Part shown: positions 1 through 7,514 of the stretch, one piece after another
Numbering within the stretch: the first letter of the stretch is position 1
Layout of the letters: every line of letters begins with the position of its first letter
Source of the DNA: Bacillus cabrialesii
GTDB taxonomy: Bacteria; Bacillota; Bacilli; Bacillales; Bacillaceae
Reading direction: 5' to 3'
NCBI RefSeq assembly: GCF_004124315.2
Contig: NZ_CP096889.1
Span: 1,348,274-1,388,273, forward strand
Length of the DNA: 40,000 nucleotides
Notes under the pieces: model-generated
What the model saw: the letters and a program-made list of their open reading frames with translations, nothing else
What the model was told of the DNA's origin: nothing
The model's database searches: none
Position numbers and translations under genes: made by a program

Positions 1-371
1 AGTTCGATAATCTTCCGCATTCTATCTACTCTTTAACACAGGTTCTGTATAAACAAAAAAATGATGCCGAAGCGCAAAAAAAATATCGTGAAGGATTGGA
101 AATCGCCCGTCAATACAGTGATGAATTATTTGTGGAGCTTTTTCAATTTTTACATGCGTTATACGGAAAAAACATTGACACAGAATCAGTCTCACACACC
201 TTTCAATTTCTTGAAGAACATATGCTGTATCCTTATATTGAAGAGCTGGCGCATGATGCTGCCCAATTCTATATAGAAAACGGACAGCCCGAAAAAGCAC
301 TTTCATTTTATGAGAAAATGGTGCACGCACAAAAACAAATCCAGAGAGGAGATTGTTTATATGAAATCTAA
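1..371 (+). CDS. rapA: Rap-family response-regulator aspartate phosphatase, C-terminal fragment (5' end outside window; reading phase starts at nt 3)
   Basis: Frame is open from nt 3 to TAA 369-371. Translation FDNLPHSIYSLTQVLYKQKNDAEAQKKYREGLEIARQYSDELF...KQIQRGDCLYEI is a TPR-like Rap C-terminus. Its stop is overlapped by the phrA start. Confidence 0.9.
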   Translation, partial: FDNLPHSIYSLTQVLYKQKNDAEAQKKYREGLEIARQYSDELFVELFQFLHALYGKNIDTESVSHTFQFLEEHMLYPYIEELAHDAAQFYIENGQPEKALSFYEKMVHAQKQIQRGDCLYEI

Positions 372-495
372 ATGGATGTCAGGTTTGTTGCTCGTTGCGG
401 TCGGGTTTAGCTTTACTCAGGGGATGGTCCATGCAGGAGAAACAGCAGACACAGAGGGAAAAACATTTCATATTGCGGCACGCAATCAAACATGA
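361..495 (+). CDS. phrA: Phr signalling pro-peptide, 44 aa, C-terminal pentapeptide ARNQT
   Basis: ATG 361 lies inside track ORF 310..495. The N-terminus MKSKWMSGLLLVAVGFSF is signal-peptide-like and the C-terminus is ...HIAARNQT. It overlaps the rapA stop, the typical rap-phr cassette layout. Confidence 0.9.
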   Translation: MKSKWMSGLLLVAVGFSFTQGMVHAGETADTEGKTFHIAARNQT

Positions 496-502
496 TGATG
501 AT

Positions 503-527
503 AAAAAGACCCTCAGGGGTCTTTTTT
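503..527. terminator. Bidirectional intrinsic terminator between convergent phrA and yjpA
   Basis: aaaaAGACCC-tcag-GGGTCTttttt: a perfect 6-bp stem (507-512/517-522) flanked by an A-run and a T-run. Confidence 0.8.
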
Positions 528-786
528 ATTTCAGCTTCCATTCCTTTATGGTCAGTTCAGAAGAACCGTTTGCCACCAGCGGATCGGCATGTCCGATTTC
601 CGCCGCCTCTTCCAGCGAACCTGCTTCGATGACATAAGCTCCGCCTGTGGCGTCGCTGAATGGCCCGAACATCTTTAAGCGATTTTCTGCCTGCAGGCGG
701 TCCAAAAATTGATAATGTCCGGCTACATGCTCTTGATTGAATTGATCTGTTCTCGTGGTCAGCATTAAGTATGTATTCAAGATCAT
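526..786 (-). CDS. yjpA: YciI-like small protein
   Basis: 86-aa ORF (MILNTYLMLTTRTDQFNQEHVAGHYQFLDRL...). RBS GGAGGGG is visible on the minus strand just upstream (about 787-795). Position between phrA and xlyB matches strain 168 as I recall it. Confidence 0.8.
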   Translation of the reverse strand: MILNTYLMLTTRTDQFNQEHVAGHYQFLDRLQAENRLKMFGPFSDATGGAYVIEAGSLEEAAEIGHADPLVANGSSELTIKEWKLK

Positions 787-856
787 CCCCTCCTTTTGAA
801 CTTCAGTTTAACACAATGATCCATATTCCGGTGACGTATGTATGAGCTTTTCGTCC

Positions 857-879
857 TACGAATGCCACCTATTGGTGAA
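857..879 (+). promoter_or_regulatory. 23-nt motif TACGAATGCCACCTATTGGTGAA, candidate Xpf-type late promoter element for xlyB
   Basis: 19/23 identical to TACGTTTGCCACCTATAAGTGAA at 8348-8370 (xpf-xtmA gap). It ends 22 nt before the xlyB GTG. Confidence 0.45.
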
Positions 880-901
880 AAAGAAAAAGGAGAGATGATA
901 G

Positions 902-1855
902 GTGAGCATTCAAGTAAAGAAAAATTTGGTTTCTGAGGCAAAATACGCGCTGAAGTGCCCAAATGCAATGTCCGCTGAATACATTACCATTCACAACACG
1001 GCAAACGATGCGTCAGCAGCTAATGAAATCAGCTATATGATCGGGAACACAAGCTCGACAAGCTTTCACTTTGCGGTGGATGATAAAGAGGTGATTCAAG
1101 GCCTGCCGCTTAACCGAAACGCCTGGCATACGGGAGACGGCACAAACGGTACAGGTAACCGCAAATCAATCGGCGTAGAGATTTGCTACAGCAAATCGGG
1201 AGGTCCAAAGTATGAGGCAGCCGAAGCCTTGGCGATTTCATTTGTCGCACAGCTTTTGAAGGAGCGCGGCTGGGGAATTGATCGGGTGAGAAAGCATCAG
1301 GACTGGAGCGGAAAGTACTGCCCGCACCGCATTTTATCAGAGGGACGCTGGGATCAAGTGAAGGCGGCAATTGAGAAGGAGCTAAACGGAGCCGTATCAG
1401 CGAAAAAGGCTTCAGTCTCTTCTGCGGCGTCTGAATACCATGTGAAAAAAGGCGACACACTGTCAGGGATTGCCGCATCACACGGTGTTAGTGTGAAAAC
1501 ACTGCAAAGCATAAACCGTATCACCGACCCGAATCACATCAAAGTCGGACAGGTGATTAAGCTGCCACAGCCGGCATCTTCTTCTAAAAGCCATGCCGCG
1601 TCTTCCTATCCGCTCCCATCCGGAGTGATCAAAGTGACAAGCCCGCTTACGAAAGGGACAAACGTTAAGCAAGTGCAGACCGCTTTAGCCGCCCTTTATT
1701 TTTATCCTGATAAAGGAGCGAAAAATCACGGCGTTGACAGCATCTATGGCACGAAAACAGCAAATGCTGTGAAACGTTTTCAGTCTGTCAGCGGATTAAC
1801 GGCAGATGGGATTTACGGTCCGAAAACGAAAGCGAAAATAGAGGCAAAGCTGTAA
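902..1855 (+). CDS. xlyB: N-acetylmuramoyl-L-alanine amidase (amidase_2 + LysM + PG-binding repeat), paralog of XlyA
   Basis: 317 aa with a GTG start after AAAAAGGAGAG. Contains [12 protein letters not shown]...WHTGDG...KYCPHR (amidase), [13 protein letters not shown] (LysM) and [13 protein letters not shown]...[10 protein letters not shown] (PG-binding). Confidence 0.92.
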   Translation: MSIQVKKNLVSEAKYALKCPNAMSAEYITIHNTANDASAANEISYMIGNTSSTSFHFAVDDKEVIQGLPLNRNAWHTGDGTNGTGNRKSIGVEICYSKSGGPKYEAAEALAISFVAQLLKERGWGIDRVRKHQDWSGKYCPHRILSEGRWDQVKAAIEKELNGAVSAKKASVSSAASEYHVKKGDTLSGIAASHGVSVKTLQSINRITDPNHIKVGQVIKLPQPASSSKSHAASSYPLPSGVIKVTSPLTKGTNVKQVQTALAALYFYPDKGAKNHGVDSIYGTKTANAVKRFQSVSGLTADGIYGPKTKAKIEAKL

Positions 1856-1857
1856 CT

Positions 1858-1890
1858 AAAAAAACGGAAGCTGCCAGGCTTCCGTTCTTC
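1858..1890. terminator. Bidirectional terminator between convergent xlyB and yjqA
   Basis: AACGGAAGC-tgccag-GCTTCCGTT (1863-1871/1878-1886), with an A-run on the left and TTCTTCTT on the right. Confidence 0.8.
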
Positions 1891-2271
1891 TTACAGACAA
1901 ACTGCGGCAAGCACCTTTTGAATATCATAAATGCTTTCATCTTTTTTAAACTGCTTCGAGACAGCGGGAAGCTCCGCGCCGGAAATCCAGATTTTCAACT
2001 CTGAATCAAGGTCAAAGCGTCCGGCTGTTTCCACGCTGAATCTGGAAATGCTTTTGTACGGAATCGATTGAAATTCCGTTTTCTTCCCTGTGATTCCCTG
2101 CTTATCTACAAGAATAAGCCGCTTCTCAGTAAAGACAAGTATATCGCGAATCAGTTTAAATGCAGCATTGACATTCTCCCCCTCCAGCAAAATATGAGCC
2201 AGTTCTTCTTTCGCCGCAGCCGTGGACAGTGTTGACGCATTGCCAAGTAAACCATCAATAAATCCCATCAT
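1891..2271 (-). CDS. yjqA: Bacterial PH-domain-like protein
   Basis: Track ORF is 1891..2298. I prefer the ATGATG start at 2271 because AGGAGG sits 3 nt upstream of it (cgtaccAGGAGGtatATGATG on the minus strand). Product starts MMGFIDGLLGNAS... Confidence 0.8.
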   Translation of the reverse strand: MMGFIDGLLGNASTLSTAAAKEELAHILLEGENVNAAFKLIRDILVFTEKRLILVDKQGITGKKTEFQSIPYKSISRFSVETAGRFDLDSELKIWISGAELPAVSKQFKKDESIYDIQKVLAAVCL

Positions 2272-2374
2272 ATACCTCCTGGTACGTATTTTATCCAATC
2301 ATACTATAAAAAAAGTTTTCATTCATTATTGAATTAGAGTAAACTGGTGCTGACTGATGAAGGAGAGCGTTCAA

Positions 2375-2977
2375 ATGAAAGATATGTATGACAGCTTTGC
2401 AGCCCTTTCTGCTTCTGAATCGGAGTACCGGATTATTTATGAGGAGAAAACCGGAAGTGAGCATATCGTCCTCGGTCCCCACGGCGGCAGAATTGAGCCT
2501 GGCGTCAGTGAGCTGGTGCGGGCATTTTCCGATCAATGCTCGATTTATTTGTTTGAAGGTGTAAAGAAGCGGGACAATCGTTCCTTGCACCTGACAAGCA
2601 CACGTTTTGACGAGCCGCTGGCTTTAGAAAAAGTGAACGCCCACCATTATGCACTAGCATTTCATGGGTATCATGATCCGAAAACACCGCATACATTGGT
2701 CGGAGGCGCGGATCGTAAAAAAGCCGAGCTTATTTGCGAGCGGCTGAATGAAGCGGGCTTCAGTGCTGAGCTCACGAGTGAGGAAGACCGGCTGGCAGGT
2801 GTGCATCCGAAAAATATTGTCAATCGGACGAAAAGGGAAATGGGACTGCAATTGGAAGTAAGTTCGGCACAGCGAAAGGCGTTGTTCCGAAATTTTGGCT
2901 GCCGCAATGAAAGTTACATACAAAATGATTTGTTTTGTCGATATGTGGAAGCTGTTAAACTTGGTTTTTATGATTGA
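2375..2977 (+). CDS. yjqB: PghP-like poly-gamma-glutamate hydrolase family protein (phage-associated)
   Basis: Track ORF is 2357..2977. ATG 2375 lies 8 nt after AGGAGA (2361-2366). Product starts [25 protein letters not shown]... and contains HGG...H motifs typical of the zinc hydrolase family. Confidence 0.75.
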   Translation: MKDMYDSFAALSASESEYRIIYEEKTGSEHIVLGPHGGRIEPGVSELVRAFSDQCSIYLFEGVKKRDNRSLHLTSTRFDEPLALEKVNAHHYALAFHGYHDPKTPHTLVGGADRKKAELICERLNEAGFSAELTSEEDRLAGVHPKNIVNRTKREMGLQLEVSSAQRKALFRNFGCRNESYIQNDLFCRYVEAVKLGFYD

Positions 2978-3050
2978 ATAAAACGGACCTGCACGATCGG
3001 CCCATTTCTTCATACGCTGTGGTTGTGCGATAGTGTAGGGAGGAATGAAT

Positions 3051-3887
3051 ATGTTTTATCATATTAAAGAGCTTCAATATCAAGCTAAGCCTGCTCATCC
3101 AGATCCGGTTTATGCGAAAAAGCTCCAAGAGGTGCTGGGTGGCCAATACGGTGAAATCAGTGTTATGATGCAATATTTGTTTCAGGGTTTTAACTGCCGT
3201 GCAGACGCGAAATATAAAGATTTGCTTTATGATATTGGTACAGAAGAGATCGGGCATGTGGAAATGCTTGCAACGATGATCTCCAGGCTTTTGGACAATG
3301 CACCGGCTGATGTGCAGGAAAATGCTTATAAAAGTGATCCCGCTGTGGCGGCAGTGTTGTCCGGAATGAACCCGCAGCATGCAATTGTCGCAGGTTTGGG
3401 CGCGATGGCGGCTGACAGCGAAGGATATCCATGGAATGCCAAATATATTATTTCAAGCGGAAACTTGCTCGCGGATTTTCGCGCCAACTTAAATGCGGAA
3501 TCCCAAGGACGCCTTCAGGTGACACGGCTTTATGCCATGACTGATGATCCAGGGGTAAGAGATATGCTGTCATTTTTGATTGCAAGGGATACTTATCATC
3601 AAAATATGTGGTATGCGGCCATTAAAGAGCTGGAAGAAAGAGAACGGGATATTGTCGTTCCAACGACGTTCCCGCGTGAGCTCGAAAAGGGGGAAGTGGC
3701 CTATGACCTGTTTAACTTTTCCAGAGGGGATGAAAGCTCACAAGGAAGATGGGCTCATGGCGAAGCCTTTGACGGCCGGGGCGAGTTCAGGTATATCCCG
3801 GCGCCGATTGCGTTCGCGTCTGCGCCTCATCTTAAACCGGCGCCAATGTGGCTGCAGAATACCATTCCTCCGATGTCAAAATATTAA
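3051..3887 (+). CDS. yjqC: Manganese (non-haem) catalase
   Basis: MFYHIKELQYQAKPAHPDPVYAKKLQEVLGGQYGEISVMMQYLFQG...EEIGHVEML is a Mn-catalase signature. ATG 3051 is better spaced from GGGAGGA than the track start at 3045. Confidence 0.9.
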   Translation: MFYHIKELQYQAKPAHPDPVYAKKLQEVLGGQYGEISVMMQYLFQGFNCRADAKYKDLLYDIGTEEIGHVEMLATMISRLLDNAPADVQENAYKSDPAVAAVLSGMNPQHAIVAGLGAMAADSEGYPWNAKYIISSGNLLADFRANLNAESQGRLQVTRLYAMTDDPGVRDMLSFLIARDTYHQNMWYAAIKELEERERDIVVPTTFPRELEKGEVAYDLFNFSRGDESSQGRWAHGEAFDGRGEFRYIPAPIAFASAPHLKPAPMWLQNTIPPMSKY

Positions 3888-3930
3888 TACTTATTCCGGG
3901 CCGAGGACAAATATCCCCAGCCCTTTTTTA

Positions 3931-4527
3931 TCAGCTGTTTTTGCCGATATGATATAACGATTTTTCTTCAGCAACCTGCAAGTGCTGCTGATCGCCTTCC
4001 TCGTATACATTTGGCCGCTTGTTGGATAATAAGTAAGCGAGCCGCTTCTGAAATTGAATACCTGCTTTACGCCGTTCAAACATTTCAAGCCTTTTTTCAG
4101 CAAATTCCTTTGTTACCCGGAATACCGCCGCGATTGTGGCAAGCGCCTGGCTTCTCCATTGCGGCAGTTCCATCTGCAACAGCATAAAGGTTGGCACACA
4201 GAAGTGATACATAAATTGATTCGCCTGAAATTCCTGCAGTTCCCGAAAGAGCTTGTTCATCTGAAAATGATTGCCTGCATGCTTTAACACGTGGCACAGT
4301 TCATGGCCAAAATCCTCCCATTGCTCTTCCCGTGATTTTCTCTGGTTCAATACGATACTGTACATACCGTCGTATTTGACCATCATGCTCCCCATATCCT
4401 CAAAATGAACCCAAATATCCAGGTCCTTTGCGATTTTCAGCATGTCAATGTGATGGGGAGAGGTGATGCCCAGCCGGTTGTATAAATTTTTTACGTATTC
4501 CTCCAGATGTGATAAGTAATCGCCCAA
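3931..4527 (-). CDS. xkdA: ImmA/IrrE-family metallopeptidase (putative anti-repressor protease)
   Basis: 198 aa with a TTG start 7 nt after AAAGGGAG. The HExxH motif is in FGHELCHVLKH. It lies adjacent to xre on the same strand. Confidence 0.9.
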   Translation of the reverse strand: MGDYLSHLEEYVKNLYNRLGITSPHHIDMLKIAKDLDIWVHFEDMGSMMVKYDGMYSIVLNQRKSREEQWEDFGHELCHVLKHAGNHFQMNKLFRELQEFQANQFMYHFCVPTFMLLQMELPQWRSQALATIAAVFRVTKEFAEKRLEMFERRKAGIQFQKRLAYLLSNKRPNVYEEGDQQHLQVAEEKSLYHIGKNS

Positions 4528-4542
4528 TTGAATACTCCCTTT

Positions 4543-4556
4543 CGAACATGTGTTCT
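4543..4556. promoter_or_regulatory. LexA (DinR) SOS box / Cheo box, CGAAC-ATGT-GTTCT
   Basis: Matches the B. subtilis consensus CGAAC-N4-GTTCG at 11 of 12 defined positions. It sits immediately upstream of the xkdA RBS. Confidence 0.8.
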
Positions 4557-4686
4557 ATTTTTAGCGAGAAAGAAAAGCCCTTATAGGACTGGAAAGTGTG
4601 TTGAAATCTTTCCCTTTTCTTAAAAAAATAAACACTTTTTTCTTTATATCGGTCTATTTTTTATATGTTTTAGAGAACAGAGAAAG

Positions 4687-5028
4687 TTATTTATTTTTCG
4701 GTTTGCGGTTTTTCTCTTTTTCTTTTAAATAGTTGATAAATTCGATGGCCTGCTGCTTGCTTTCCGGGGAAAAATCCTGCATATCGCGGTATGCAAGCTG
4801 CAAGTCCGGATCTGAAAACATATCGTCGTCGGATTTTTTGTCTTTCCCTGTTAATAAGTAATCAGTCGTTACTTGAAAGTAATCAGCCAGCTTTTGGAGT
4901 GTGTCGTAATCAGGTTCGCTTCGCCCGTTTTCATAGTGGGAATATCGTGCCCGCGACACACCGATGTGAGATGCGATTTCTTCTTGTGTCCTTTTCCCTC
5001 TGAGACTCTTCAATCTGCCGCCTATCAT
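4687..5028 (-). CDS. xre: PBSX repressor, Xre/Cro-C1 HTH family
   Basis: [59 protein letters not shown] is a classic HTH_3 domain. I chose the internal ATG at 5028 (113 aa) over the track start at 5091. Confidence 0.92.
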
Positions 5029-5068
5029 ACTATGACCTCTCTTTTTCAAACTCCCTAAGTTACTTATG

Positions 5069-5097
5069 ATTATAGATACAATCTGTATCAAAATAAA
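5069..5097 (-). promoter_or_regulatory. Candidate xre promoter (-10 TATAAT at 5074-5069, weak -35 TTTATT at 5097-5092)
   Basis: A perfect TATAAT on the minus strand abuts operator 1. The -35 is poor, so the assignment is tentative. Confidence 0.4.
5075..5089. promoter_or_regulatory. Xre operator 1, GATAC-aatct-GTATC
   Basis: Perfect 5-bp inverted arms with a 5-nt spacer. One of four such sites within 107 bp. Confidence 0.85.
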
Positions 5098-5102
5098 GTT
5101 AT

Positions 5103-5117
5103 GATAAAAAAAGTATC
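5103..5117. promoter_or_regulatory. Xre operator 2, GATAA-aaaaa-GTATC
   Basis: Same architecture, with one arm mismatch. Confidence 0.75.
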
Positions 5118-5126
5118 AAAAATTAC

Positions 5127-5155
5127 TTGATGATACGGATTGTATCGTTTATACT
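5127..5155 (+). promoter_or_regulatory. Early (Xre-repressed) sigma-A-type promoter, TTGATG-N17-TATACT
   Basis: -35 at 5127-5132 and -10 at 5150-5155 with a 17-nt spacer. Operators 3 and 4 overlap or flank it. Confidence 0.65.
5132..5146. promoter_or_regulatory. Xre operator 3, GATAC-ggatt-GTATC
   Basis: Perfect palindrome arms. It lies inside the spacer of the early promoter. Confidence 0.85.
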
Positions 5156-5166
5156 TGGTAACAGTT

Positions 5167-5181
5167 GATACGAAACGTATC
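5167..5181. promoter_or_regulatory. Xre operator 4, GATAC-gaaac-GTATC
   Basis: Perfect palindrome arms, just downstream of the early -10 element. Confidence 0.85.
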
Positions 5182-5206
5182 GAAAAAAGATCAGGAGAGT
5201 GATCAC

Positions 5207-5386
5207 ATGTATCCGATCCACATTGTTTTTAGTGAAAATCCCATAGATCAGCGCCACCTTGGACAAGCCGGCGGCACCATTTCGTTTACGGCATGCGGCC
5301 TTCCGGTGTTCCGCTTTGAAACACAAGAACAGTTTCAAACATACATGATGTTAAAAGGGGAAGCGGCAGCATATGAAAACCGATAA
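5207..5386 (+). CDS. Hypothetical 59-aa protein, first ORF of the early operon
   Basis: ATG 5207 is 8 nt after AGGAGAG (5192-5198). Product is MYPIHIVFSENPIDQRHLGQAGGTISFTACGLPVFRFETQEQFQTYMMLKGEAAAYENR. It overlaps the xkdB start by 14 nt. No family recognised. Confidence 0.5.
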   Translation: MYPIHIVFSENPIDQRHLGQAGGTISFTACGLPVFRFETQEQFQTYMMLKGEAAAYENR

Positions 5387-6209
5387 AAGCTATCCTTTTC
5401 CTACATATTCAGGGTTATTGAATTCAGAACATTATGACAAAATCGGCCCGGCGCTATGGCTGTTTCTCTGGTTTATCAGTTCAACAACAAAAGAAATTGA
5501 AAAAGACGGCGTAAGATGGGGAATCGTGCTCGGCCATAAGCCGTTAAAAGCGAGAGAAATGGCGGCTGTCTTCGGCGTAAGTGAGAAAACCGTCAGAAGA
5601 TGGCTAGAGCTTCTCGAAACCAATGAGTACATCAAGGCTGTCCGTGCGCCATACGGACTGATGATTTCGGTCAAGCATTCCAAAAAATTCAGCTTCAGAT
5701 CGGACAAAGTTGCCCAACGGAGCATAAAGGAACGGGCATTTTCGCCGCAGGCACCAGACACAGATGTCCGCTCTGATAAAGATAAAACAAACACATATAC
5801 TGCTGCTGATGATGCAGTGGATCACATTGCGAAGCGGTTTACACAATTACGGTCGGCTCAAGAAGGACGCACCGTGTATCCTTCCTCAAGAGATTATCAA
5901 GCCATCGCCCGTATTGTCGCCATCGGCGTTCCAGTGACGCAAACAATCAAATGGCTTGAGGAATGCTTTCAAGCCTTTGAAAACCGGCGAACCGCCGCTT
6001 CAGAAACAATCAAGGCCTTTCGTTACTGCTCGAAATTCATTGAAGACCGATTTTTCGCGCAGCAGGCCAAAAAAAATGCCGCAATTCAACATGAGAGGAT
6101 GGAAAGACATGACAAAACGAACAATCGAGCACATTTTGGACGAACTGAGAAGAGGGAGACGTCCATTACTGGCGGACAAACCGGCCGAATCAGACGCAAG
6201 CAGGTATGA
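5373..6209 (+). CDS. xkdB: Phage replication-initiator-like protein with internal HTH
   Basis: 278 aa. KAREMAAVFGVSEKTVRRWLELLETNEYIKAV looks like a winged HTH. Synteny with PBSX. Confidence 0.88.
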   Translation: MKTDKSYPFPTYSGLLNSEHYDKIGPALWLFLWFISSTTKEIEKDGVRWGIVLGHKPLKAREMAAVFGVSEKTVRRWLELLETNEYIKAVRAPYGLMISVKHSKKFSFRSDKVAQRSIKERAFSPQAPDTDVRSDKDKTNTYTAADDAVDHIAKRFTQLRSAQEGRTVYPSSRDYQAIARIVAIGVPVTQTIKWLEECFQAFENRRTAASETIKAFRYCSKFIEDRFFAQQAKKNAAIQHERMERHDKTNNRAHFGRTEKRETSITGGQTGRIRRKQV

Positions 6210-6909
6210 TTGCCCGCAATGCAAGGATCAGGGAGGCTATCTCGTTCACAAGAACGGCCTGGAAGTCTGGACGATGTGCAGCTGCATGGCAGAACGGAGG
6301 GTGAAGCGGCTGCTTGGCGCAAGTGAGATTACACACGCCTTTAGACAGCTGGGCTTCAGAGAATTTCGCACGGAGGGAAAACCGCAGGCCATAAAAGACG
6401 CGTTTGAATGCGCAAAAGAGTATGTGGCAGATTACGAACAAATCAAGGACAGCCGGAAAAACAGCATCGCCCTTTTAGGACAGCCCGGATCAGGGAAAAC
6501 GCACCTTTTGACTGCTGCGGCCAATGAATTGATGAGAACTCGCCACGTGCCGGTCATTTATTTTCCGTTCGTGGAGGGCTTTACCGATCTGAAAAATGAC
6601 TTTGACCTTTTGGAACAGAAGCTGAGCCGGATGAAGCAGGCGGGTGTGCTGTTCATAGATGACCTGTTTAAACCGGTTAATGGCAAACCGCGCGCTACAG
6701 ATTGGCAATTAGAGCAAATGTATTCGGTGCTTAACTACCGCTACTTAAATCATAAACCGATTTTGCTTTCGAGCGAGCTGACGATTGAAACACTTGTCCG
6801 GGTCGATGAAGCGCTCGGCACGAGAATCTACGAAATGTGCAGCGACTATTTAGTGATTATCAAAGGATCAGCCTACGAGCTGAACCATAGACTGGAGGGC
6901 GTCAAATAA
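6109..6909 (+). CDS. xkdC: DnaC/IstB-like AAA+ ATPase (helicase-loader-like)
   Basis: Internal ATG 6109 follows GAGAGGA and gives 266 aa. Walker A is GQPGSGKTHL and Walker B is VLFIDDL. An N-terminal CPQC...CSC zinc motif is present. It overlaps the xkdB 3' end in another frame. Confidence 0.88.
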   Translation: MTKRTIEHILDELRRGRRPLLADKPAESDASRYDCPQCKDQGGYLVHKNGLEVWTMCSCMAERRVKRLLGASEITHAFRQLGFREFRTEGKPQAIKDAFECAKEYVADYEQIKDSRKNSIALLGQPGSGKTHLLTAAANELMRTRHVPVIYFPFVEGFTDLKNDFDLLEQKLSRMKQAGVLFIDDLFKPVNGKPRATDWQLEQMYSVLNYRYLNHKPILLSSELTIETLVRVDEALGTRIYEMCSDYLVIIKGSAYELNHRLEGVK

Positions 6910-7076
6910 TGTGCAAGCTTTGTCAAACAAAGAAAGTCATTGTGGAACATACCGGGATTGGAGCTGTTTTCCATCCATGTCCGAACTGCCGGTCCGGTAC
7001 GGATTTAACGCCGGTCATTCAAAAGCTGGAGCAAATGCTGACAGCGGAAAAAGCGAGGATGAATGTCCGTGATTAA
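6909..7076 (+). CDS. Hypothetical 55-aa zinc-ribbon-like protein (below ORF-track cutoff)
   Basis: The ATG overlaps the xkdC stop (TAATG) and GGAGGG lies 9 nt upstream. Product MCKLCQTKKVIVEHTGIGAVFHPCPNCRSGTDLTPVIQKLEQMLTAEKARMNVRD carries two CxxC pairs. Confidence 0.55.
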   Translation: MCKLCQTKKVIVEHTGIGAVFHPCPNCRSGTDLTPVIQKLEQMLTAEKARMNVRD

Positions 7077-7164
7077 ACAGCTGGCCGCTTTCATTGCTTT
7101 GCTGTTTCGGGCAAAGCGAACCGAAAAAAACATTGAACAATGGTATAAGGAAGACGGGAAGTGA
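7069..7164 (+). CDS. Possible 31-aa micro-ORF bridging to xkdD
   Basis: GTG 7069 gives (M)IKQLAAFIALLFRAKRTEKNIEQWYKEDGK. Its TGA overlaps the xkdD GTG (GTGA). The SD (AGGA) is weak. Confidence 0.3.
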   Translation: MIKQLAAFIALLFRAKRTEKNIEQWYKEDGK

Positions 7165-7514
7165 AGCTATTGGAAAAAACAAAACAGGCAGAGAAAAGCC
7201 CTGCGCCTTGGCGTGCTGTCCCGTGCGGGGATACGAAACCGATTTATATTTATTCAGCTTACAGTGAAGAAGAAAAAGAAAGATTCCCATATTCAAACGG
7301 GCGGCTGATCGCCGCTGTATTCGACCTCAGCTCTTATTCGCAAAAAAGCAATGCCGCGTTGATGGCGGCTGCGCCCGAACTGCTGGAAGCGTCTGAAGCA
7401 GCTCTTGATTTTCTGAAAGGGAATTCTGATCATTCTAAGGAGCGCATCATTCAGCTATTAGAAAAGGCTAAAAATAGAGCTGAATCAGAAAGGGAGGAAA
7501 AGAAACATGATTAA
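7161..7514 (+). CDS. xkdD: PBSX early protein of unknown function
   Basis: 117 aa with a GTG start 7 nt after AAGGAAG. Synteny. Confidence 0.85.
   Translation: MKLLEKTKQAEKSPAPWRAVPCGDTKPIYIYSAYSEEEKERFPYSNGRLIAAVFDLSSYSQKSNAALMAAAPELLEASEAALDFLKGNSDHSKERIIQLLEKAKNRAESEREEKKHD

Noticed and set aside
4687-5091. N-terminally extended track versions of xre (134 aa), xkdC (5956..), xpf (7774..), ykaA (..34854), yjqA (..2298), yjqB (2357..) and xlyA (31005..)
   Set aside because: The extensions lack SD sequences or overlap operators and terminators. Internal starts have well-spaced SDs and give the protein N-termini I recognise.
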